This document shows, one piece after another, positions 57,535 to 64,000 of a stretch of 64,000 bases of DNA (the first letter of the stretch is position 1; every line of letters begins with the position of its first letter). The translations under genes were made by a program, and so were the position numbers. The notes below the pieces were generated by a model. It searched no databases. It was not told the origin of the DNA and saw only the letters and a program-made list of their open reading frames with translations. Location of the stretch: assembly GCA_965202665.1 (NCBI GenBank), contig OZ241841.1, positions 800,001-864,000 of the forward strand. Direction: 5' to 3'. Source of the stretch: Candidatus Spongiisociaceae bacterium (GTDB lineage: Bacteria > Actinomycetota > Acidimicrobiia > Spongiisociales > Spongiisociaceae).

Positions 57535-58713
57535 ATGAAATTTTGGGCCCTCGATCCGACGGTCAGTCATCTCAACCACGGCTCGTTCGGGGCCGTCCCG
57601 CTCCCGGTTCTGGAAGCCCAGCGGCGGTTGCGGGATCGGATGGAGGCCAATCCCACCCGCTTTATGCTGGAAACCTACCAACCGATGCTGGACGCGGCCC
57701 GGGAGCGGCTGGCCGAATACGTGGGTGCCGACCCGGAGGGGCTGGTTTTCGTCCCCAACGCCACCGCCGGGGTCAACGCCGTTTTGCGTTCCTTGGAATC
57801 AACTTTGCGGCCGGGGGACGAAATCCTCATCACCGACCACACCTACAACGCCTGCCGCAACGCGGCGCAGGTGTCGGCCGCCCGCACCGGGGCCGAGGTC
57901 GCCGTCGCCGGTTTCCCCTATCCGATAGCCGGGCCCGAACAAGTGACGGAGGGGGTGATGGCGGCCGTCACCGACCGCACCCGGCTGGTGATGCTGGACG
58001 CGGTGACTTTTTCGTCGGCCATCGTGCTGCCGCTCCGGGAAATCGTCGCCCGGCTGGAACCGGATACGGCGGTGCTGGTGGACGCCGCCCACGCCCCGGG
58101 AATGGTAGATTTCGACGTGGCCGAAATCGGGGCCTCCTACATCACCGCCAACTGCCACAAATGGATGTGCGCCGCCAAAGGGTCGGGGTTTCTCTATGTG
58201 CGCCCGGATCGCCGGAAAAGCATCTACGCGGCGGTGATCAGCCACGGCTACAACGGGGCCTGGCCCTCCACCGGCGGACGGCTGCATCAGCAGTTCGACT
58301 GGACCGGCACCGACGACCCCACCGCCTGGCTGACCATCCCGGAGGCGATCGACGCCATGGCCTCCCTGCAACCGGACGGGTGGGAGGGCGTGCGGCGCGC
58401 CAACCGCCGACTTTGCCTGCAAGGGCGGGATGCGCTTACCGGGGCTTTGGGCATCCCCCCGCCCGCGCCGGACGAAATGCTGGGTTCCATAGCCTCTTTC
58501 CCGTTGCCGGGGCCGGCCGGGTCGGGCGTGTTCGATCCGCTGATGGGGAGGTTGCGCTCGGAGTGGAACATGGAGGTTCCGGTGTTCGCCCACCTGGACC
58601 CCCCGCAACGGCTGTTGCGCATTTCCGCCCAGCAGTACAACCGCCCCGCCGAATACGAACGGCTGGCGGAGGCCCTGGCGGCGGAACTGAAACGGGAATC
58701 CTCTCTCGGGTAA
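57535..58713 (+). CDS. Class V PLP enzyme (isopenicillin-N epimerase/cysteine desulfhydrase-like)
   Basis: HLNHGSFGA, DAAHAPG, NCHKWMC, WTGTDD. Confidence 0.85.
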   Translation: MKFWALDPTVSHLNHGSFGAVPLPVLEAQRRLRDRMEANPTRFMLETYQPMLDAARERLAEYVGADPEGLVFVPNATAGVNAVLRSLESTLRPGDEILITDHTYNACRNAAQVSAARTGAEVAVAGFPYPIAGPEQVTEGVMAAVTDRTRLVMLDAVTFSSAIVLPLREIVARLEPDTAVLVDAAHAPGMVDFDVAEIGASYITANCHKWMCAAKGSGFLYVRPDRRKSIYAAVISHGYNGAWPSTGGRLHQQFDWTGTDDPTAWLTIPEAIDAMASLQPDGWEGVRRANRRLCLQGRDALTGALGIPPPAPDEMLGSIASFPLPGPAGSGVFDPLMGRLRSEWNMEVPVFAHLDPPQRLLRISAQQYNRPAEYERLAEALAAELKRESSLG

Positions 58714-58797
58714 TTCCGTTGCGGACAGAGGCGGGCGGCGGGCCGGGCCGGGTCGGTTTTCAACTTAAAATATTCCGGTGGTAAAGTGGGGCGCGTA

Positions 58798-58953
58798 ATG
58801 ACAACCCCCCCTGACATCACCCGCTTCATCGACGACTGGTTGATGGAGCGCCGAGACCAGATTTCGGAACTCACCGTGGACTTTGCGCTGGATGTGCGCA
58901 ACATGGTCCTGCAACTGGAGGAAGTGGAGGTTCGGGAGCCGGTCGGGGTCTAA
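58798..58953 (+). CDS. Small hypothetical protein (51 aa, not in ORF track)
   Basis: Own translation MTTPPDITRFIDDWLMERRDQISELTVDFALDVRNMVLQLEEVEVREPVGV; fills an intergenic gap. Confidence 0.5.
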   Translation: MTTPPDITRFIDDWLMERRDQISELTVDFALDVRNMVLQLEEVEVREPVGV

Positions 58954-58969
58954 GCCCGCCCGGTCGGAC

Positions 58970-59815
58970 TCAGCGCAGTCCGGCGAACAAGTCGTCCTCC
59001 CGAAACGGAGCCTCCGTCGTGGAGAACACCCGTTGGAAGGTTTCGCTCCCCAACACCTGCGGCCATTCCTCCTCGGGAACCTGCAACATGAACCAGTCGT
59101 CGGGGATCTGGGTGCGATGGGCGCGGGCCGCCTCCACCTTTTGCCGAACCCAGGGCAGGACGTCCACCGTAGCGGTAATCTCCTCGTCGGGAACCCCCCC
59201 TTGGCGGGCCCGCTCGGCTTCCTCCTCGGTCATCCGTCCCTGCTTCACCCAGTTCTCCGCCATCCTCCGCACCCGGGAGCGGGTCCAGGCGCTCATGTAA
59301 AGCTTGGCCGCCCGCCACTCCGCTTGGCCGTCCTCCAGCGGGAAACGGCGCAGGTCGCGGGAACCGAAAAAAGCGGCCATGCCCACCCGATGCACCTGGA
59401 TATGGTCGGGGTGGCCGTATCCGCCGTAGGGGTCGTAGATGGTCATCACCTCCGGCCGATAGCGCCGTATCAGGGCCACCAATCGCCCCACCGCCTCCTC
59501 GAAGTCGGCCCGCCAGAAACAGTCGGGATGGCCGTTGGGTTCGGAATCCATCATTCCCGAATCCCGATATCCGAGGAAATGGTGATGCTCCACCCCCAGC
59601 ACCGCCAAGGCGTCGGCTAACTCCTTTTGCCGTATTTCCACCAGCCGGGGCTTGATATCATCCGGGTTGTCGTAGTTGTGAACCTCCCCTTCGGCCCCGT
59701 CGGTGGCGGTGACCACCACCACCTGCTCGCCCGCCGCCGCGTATTTGGCCAAGGTCCCGCCGGTAGAAGTCACCTCGTCGTCGGGATGGGCGTGAAATGA
59801 GAGCAGTCCGGGCAT
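58970..59815 (-). CDS. PIG-L family deacetylase (MshB/Mca-like)
   Basis: HAHPDDE, LGYRDSGM, GGYGHPDH, AHRTQ. Confidence 0.88.
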   Translation of the reverse strand: MPGLLSFHAHPDDEVTSTGGTLAKYAAAGEQVVVVTATDGAEGEVHNYDNPDDIKPRLVEIRQKELADALAVLGVEHHHFLGYRDSGMMDSEPNGHPDCFWRADFEEAVGRLVALIRRYRPEVMTIYDPYGGYGHPDHIQVHRVGMAAFFGSRDLRRFPLEDGQAEWRAAKLYMSAWTRSRVRRMAENWVKQGRMTEEEAERARQGGVPDEEITATVDVLPWVRQKVEAARAHRTQIPDDWFMLQVPEEEWPQVLGSETFQRVFSTTEAPFREDDLFAGLR

Positions 59816-59908
59816 AGCCTCTCCTGTAGCGGGATGGTGCGCAAGATGCCAGGATACCCCAACCGCCGCCCGGCCCAAACGCGCGCCTGCGCCGCCCGCC
59901 CGGCCCGG

Positions 59909-60916
59909 CTATCCGCCTATGTAGCTCATTTCCACTTTGGGGAGGCGGACGGTGGCTTGGGAGCGCATCTCGGAGTAGCGGTCGGCGCGGGCCTCCCACA
60001 CCGCGGCGGCCGCGGCTGCGATCTCGTCTTCCCGGCCGCCCCGGCGTAGAACGGCGCGCAGATCGGTTCCGGTCGCCGCGAACAGGCAGGTGTAAAGCAT
60101 CCCCTCCGCCGACACCCGGGCCCGGGTGCAAGTGGAGCAGAAAGGGTTGGTGACCGAAGAGATGAAACCCACCTCGCCCGCGCCGTCCGCATACCGCCAG
60201 CGGCGGGCCACCTCCCCCGGATAGTTGGGTTCCACCGGCTCAATGGGGAAACGGGCGTTGACCGCTTCGATCAGCTCCGCCGCCGGAACCACCTCGTCCA
60301 TCCGCCATCCGTTGGTGACCCCCACGTCCATGTATTCAATGAAACGGAGAATGTGGCCGGTGTCTCGGAAATGCTCGGCCATTTCCACCACCCCGTCCTC
60401 GTTCACTCCCCGTTTGACCACCATGTTCACCTTTACCGCCAGCCCGGCCGCGGCGGCGGCGTCGATCCCGGCCAGCACCTCCGCCGCCGGAAACCCGACG
60501 TCGTTCATCGCCTGAAAGACCGCCTCGTCCATGGAGTCCAAAGAAACGGTGATGCGGGACAGCCCGGCCGCGGCCAAATCGGCCGCTTTCCGCTCCAGAA
60601 GCGACCCGTTGGTGGTCAATGTCACCTCGCAGTCGGTGGCCTCCGCCAGCATTTTGACAAGCCGTTCGATGCCTTTGCGCAACAACGGCTCCCCGCCGGT
60701 CAGCCGCAACTTGCGCACCCCCAACCGCTCAAAGGCCCGGGCGATGACGGTCAGCTCTTCGAAGGTGAGCAGCAGGTCGCGGGCCAGAAATTCGTATTCC
60801 CGGTTGAAGATCTCAGCGGGCATGCAGTAGCGGCAACGGAAGTTGCACCGGTCCGTAACGGACAGGCGCAAATCCCGCACCCCGCGGCCTGCGACGTCGA
60901 CTACCCGGTTTTCCAT
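59909..60916 (-). CDS. moaA: GTP 3',8-cyclase
   Basis: LRLSVTDRCNFRCRYCMP, FCSTCTRAR, C-terminal MSYIGG. Confidence 0.96.
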   Translation of the reverse strand: MENRVVDVAGRGVRDLRLSVTDRCNFRCRYCMPAEIFNREYEFLARDLLLTFEELTVIARAFERLGVRKLRLTGGEPLLRKGIERLVKMLAEATDCEVTLTTNGSLLERKAADLAAAGLSRITVSLDSMDEAVFQAMNDVGFPAAEVLAGIDAAAAAGLAVKVNMVVKRGVNEDGVVEMAEHFRDTGHILRFIEYMDVGVTNGWRMDEVVPAAELIEAVNARFPIEPVEPNYPGEVARRWRYADGAGEVGFISSVTNPFCSTCTRARVSAEGMLYTCLFAATGTDLRAVLRRGGREDEIAAAAAAVWEARADRYSEMRSQATVRLPKVEMSYIGG

Positions 60917-61060
60917 GGAAACAGGATACATCATTCAGCGGAAACGCCCTCCGCAACCCCTCTGGGAAAATTTTTTTGCCGCTCTGACCTGGCATTTTGC
61001 GAGAACGCGAAAAAACGCCCTTGAAAAGTTTTTGAAAATTCGTATGTTGGGAATGTAGCG

Positions 61061-61597
61061 ATGAAAATCCTACGACTCTTCGGTTCCGGCAACACGGACG
61101 ACCGCACCGGCCTCAACCCCGTCGCCAGGCGGGTAGTGCGGGTCGCTCCCGGTTGCCGGCCCACACACCCGACGGCGGCGGCCGCTGTTCACCGCGCTGG
61201 CTTGCTTGGGGGCCAGCGCGGGGCCGCCGCCGTTCAGGTGTTGCTGTCCATCGCCGTCGGCCTGCTCTTCACCCTCACTTTGACCAACGCCCTGCTGATG
61301 CTGTACGGCCGCGCCGCTCTGCAACACGCGGCCGACGCCGGGGCGCGGGCGGGAAGCCGGGCCGGCGACGGTAACGAAGCCGCCGTCTGCCAACGGACGG
61401 CCGACCGGGTCATAGCCGACTTGGCCGCCCTTTACATCAGCCACGCCGCGGCCGCCTGCCGGCTGGCGGAGAACGCAGGCGGCGGCGAACTGGTGGCCGC
61501 CGTCGTCCAAGCCGACCTGCCGCCGGTGTTCGACGGGTTGGGACCGAGGTGGAATTTCACCATCCGCTCCGCATCCGTCCGGGAGCCGGGGCAATGA
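61061..61597 (+). CDS. TadE-like pseudopilin
   Basis: QRGAAAVQ + hydrophobic helix + AADAGAR. Confidence 0.65.
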   Translation: MKILRLFGSGNTDDRTGLNPVARRVVRVAPGCRPTHPTAAAAVHRAGLLGGQRGAAAVQVLLSIAVGLLFTLTLTNALLMLYGRAALQHAADAGARAGSRAGDGNEAAVCQRTADRVIADLAALYISHAAAACRLAENAGGGELVAAVVQADLPPVFDGLGPRWNFTIRSASVREPGQ

Positions 61598-62025
61598 ACG
61601 GCCTCCGCCTGCTCATCACCAGCCAGAAAGGCAGCGGGGCGGTGGAACTGCTGTTGATAACCGCCTTCATCCTGGTTCCGGCGGCGATGCTGCTGTTGGG
61701 CCTGCCCGCCCTGCTGGAATACCGCTCGCTGGGGGACGCCGCCGCCCGGGAAGCGGCGCGGGCTTGCGCGATCGCCCCCGACCCGGCCGCCGGCCAGCAA
61801 CGGGCGCAGGACGTAGCCCGCCGGATGCTGGGCGAACGGGGCTTGGACCCGCAACAGGTGGAAACCCGCATCGACTGCTCGCAGGAGTGGTCCCCGGGGA
61901 GCGAAGTCAGCGCCCGCATCTCCTATCTGGTCCCCGCGTTGCGCGTTTTGGGAATAGGGGATGTGGGGAGCATCCGGGTAAGCCGGTCCTACCGGGAAAA
62001 AATCCAGCCCTATCGCAGCCGATGA
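61594..62025 (+). CDS. TadE-family pseudopilin
   Basis: QKGSGAVE + TM + AAAREAAR. Confidence 0.78.
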   Translation: MNGLRLLITSQKGSGAVELLLITAFILVPAAMLLLGLPALLEYRSLGDAAAREAARACAIAPDPAAGQQRAQDVARRMLGERGLDPQQVETRIDCSQEWSPGSEVSARISYLVPALRVLGIGDVGSIRVSRSYREKIQPYRSR

Positions 62026-62984
62026 GACGGCCTTTCCTTTTTACGCGCACCCGGCTTCCGCGGCAAACGGCCCGTCCCGCCGCCCGGACGCGGGCGCGCC
62101 TCCCGATAAGGGGCCTGGCGGCGTTGGCGGGAACGGCGGCGGTGATCCTGGCCCTGCCCGCCCCGCAGCTGGAGGCGGCCGGCGAATGGGGCGCCGTCGC
62201 CTGCGAAATGGTGGACGGGGCGCAGGTGTGCCGCCGTTGCGAATACGTCAACTACGCCTTGGAATGCGTCATAGAAGGAAAATACCGCCCCTCCCCCCGC
62301 CTCTATTGGACCTCCTGGAAGGCGATCGGGCCGTGCGACGGGTCGGTCTGGGACTCGCACGATGTCATCTCCGGGGTTCTTTTCAAGCGCAGCCTGTACC
62401 GGGAGAAAAACGGCCGTCGGGAGTTCATCCGCTCGCAAAACGAATGCGTGGACGACGGCGGACAGCGGGCGTGGGAGGAACTGGAACGCCGCATCGCCCA
62501 ACTGCCCGCCCCCAGTTTCGACCGCTCCCCGCGCCAGGTGGGGGTGACCGGATTGGAAACCAGGCTTTGGTACGAACCGCCCGCCCGCATCGCCCCCGTC
62601 ACCGCCCGCATCCGACGGCCCAACGGCCTCAGTTACCGGGTGCAAGGGCGGTCTTGGATACGCACCCTCACCTGGGATATGGGGGAAGGGGAGGTCACCG
62701 AACGGATCATCTCCTATCCGGACTCCGGCGAAGGGGGCTACGGATCGTCGGGGCGGTGGCTGGCCGGCCACACCTACCGAACCACCGCCCGCCGGGCCGG
62801 ACACGCCGCCGGCGAATACCCGATCCGGGTGACCGCCACCTGGGCCGGACAGTACCGGGCCGACATGGGCCACGGATGGAGCGCCTGGCTGCCCATCCCC
62901 GAAACCTTGCGAGTGAGCCGCTCCTTCACCTACCGGGTGCGGGAAATCACCTCGGTTCTCGGGCCGGTGGAAAGTAAAAAATGA
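62022..62984 (+). CDS. Secreted hypothetical protein (Cys-containing N-terminus, beta-rich C-terminus)
   Basis: Signal-like helix; TGLETRLWY, WDMGEG, HTY; coupled in Tad operon. Confidence 0.7.
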   Translation: MRRPFLFTRTRLPRQTARPAARTRARLPIRGLAALAGTAAVILALPAPQLEAAGEWGAVACEMVDGAQVCRRCEYVNYALECVIEGKYRPSPRLYWTSWKAIGPCDGSVWDSHDVISGVLFKRSLYREKNGRREFIRSQNECVDDGGQRAWEELERRIAQLPAPSFDRSPRQVGVTGLETRLWYEPPARIAPVTARIRRPNGLSYRVQGRSWIRTLTWDMGEGEVTERIISYPDSGEGGYGSSGRWLAGHTYRTTARRAGHAAGEYPIRVTATWAGQYRADMGHGWSAWLPIPETLRVSRSFTYRVREITSVLGPVESKK

Positions 62985-63436
62985 ACAGCGTTATTCTGCT
63001 AGTGCGTTCCCTGCGGAAACTGGTCACGACTGAACGCGGGGCAATGGCGATCTGGGCAATGGGACTTTTGCTCCTGTTGTTCTTCGCCGGAGGCATGGCT
63101 CTGGATCTGTGGCGGGTGCTGTCCCGGCACGGAACGGCGGCCGCCATCGCCGACAAAGCGGCGGCGGCCGGAGCGGGCGAATTGGATGAAGACGCCATGC
63201 GGGCGGGCGAACTCCGCTTAGCGGGCGGGGAGGCCGAACAGGCCGCCCAAAACTTCGCCCGCAGCCAACCGGCGTGGAACCCGGACTCTATGTCCGTGCG
63301 CGCCCAATCCTCCGTTGCCGCGATCGAGGTGATCGTGAGCGACCAAGTGGAGTTGACGTTGCTGGCGATGTTCGCGCCTCCCCAAGGCGTAACGGTGCAA
63401 GCAGCGGCCACCGCCTATCCCCGGTGGGCGGGGTGA
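62981..63436 (+). CDS. TadG/Tad-domain pseudopilin
   Basis: ERGAMA + TM + GMALD...IADKAAAAGA. Confidence 0.75.
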   Translation: MNSVILLVRSLRKLVTTERGAMAIWAMGLLLLLFFAGGMALDLWRVLSRHGTAAAIADKAAAAGAGELDEDAMRAGELRLAGGEAEQAAQNFARSQPAWNPDSMSVRAQSSVAAIEVIVSDQVELTLLAMFAPPQGVTVQAAATAYPRWAG

Positions 63437-63481
63437 TCAGCGATGCGGAACGCGCCTAAGGAAGCGACGCGGAGGTCACTC

Positions 63482-64000
63482 ATGAACAACATTTTCACCT
63501 TGCCCCGGCTGGCGATCGGCGTGATGCTGACGTTGGCGATAACGGCGGCCGCCTGCGGCGGCGCGGGGGAACAGGCGGTCCCGCCCCTGACCACCGAGGT
63601 CCCGGATGCGGCCCCGGCCGCCACCGAGCCGCCCCCCGCCGCGACGACCACTCAAGCGGCGGATGAACCGGAGACGGCGGCCCTGCAACCCGTCAGCCCG
63701 GACACCACCTGGGTAACCACCACCGAGGCGACCACCACTACGGCCGCGCCCGCTACCACCGCGGCAACCGCCGCCACTAGCCCGGCGACGACCACCACCG
63801 AGAAACCCGCTCCAACAACAACAGAAGCGCCCGCCGCCACCAAGAGCGCAACCACTACCACGGAAATAACTACCACCACCAAGGCCGCAACCACCACCAC
63901 GGAGGCGACGACCACGACCGTTGCAACCACCACAACGGAACCACCCGCCACCACCGAAGCACCAACGACAACCACCTCCCCGCCAACCACCGCCGCCAAC
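63482..64000 (+). CDS. Lipoprotein with mucin-like Thr/Ala/Pro-rich region (partial, runs off window)
   Basis: GGAGG RBS; MNNIFTLPRLAIGVMLTLAITAAAC lipobox; repeated TTTT/EA/PA units; open to window end. Confidence 0.8.
   Translation, partial: MNNIFTLPRLAIGVMLTLAITAAACGGAGEQAVPPLTTEVPDAAPAATEPPPAATTTQAADEPETAALQPVSPDTTWVTTTEATTTTAAPATTAATAATSPATTTTEKPAPTTTEAPAATKSATTTTEITTTTKAATTTTEATTTTVATTTTEPPATTEAPTTTTSPPTTAAN

Noticed and set aside
63652-63999. Val/Ala-rich membrane protein on - strand
   Set aside because: It is the antisense of the Thr-rich lipoprotein on the + strand

Overview
High-GC bacterial DNA, most consistent with an actinobacterium (probably Acidimicrobiia; inferred from gene content: RNHCP protein, PIG-L/MshB-like deacetylase, AceE-type PDH, Thr/Ala-rich lipoprotein linkers). 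The core backbone holds rpiB, an IcmA-type mutase, a split suf locus, fumC, a sigma-70 factor, pgl, DNA glycosylases, menA, aceE, moaA and Tad minor pilins. Three accessory blocks stand out. (1) 1.5-4.9 kb: a tandemly duplicated and diverging module of an unknown 176-aa protein plus a MazF/PemK toxin, with three toxin copies. (2) 29.6-43.8 kb: a catabolic cluster with P450 and CoA ligase, a TRAP transporter whose binding protein is triplicated, an AtuA-like/DUF4387 pair, an acyl-CoA dehydrogenase, an SDR, a BKACE enzyme and a NifU-like protein. It also contains a UxxC selenoprotein that the ORF track splits at an in-frame TGA followed by a SECIS-like hairpin. (3) 43.8-50.5 kb: a defence-like island with remnants of a probable R-M gene around an MTase-HNH fusion behind a poly-G-spacer promoter, an EndoVII-transmembrane protein, a low-GC Fic gene preceded by a TTGACA-rich 62-bp tandem repeat, and an orphan MTase. 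I saw no rRNA, tRNA, CRISPR array or transposase. All family calls come from motif recognition by eye, not from database searches.
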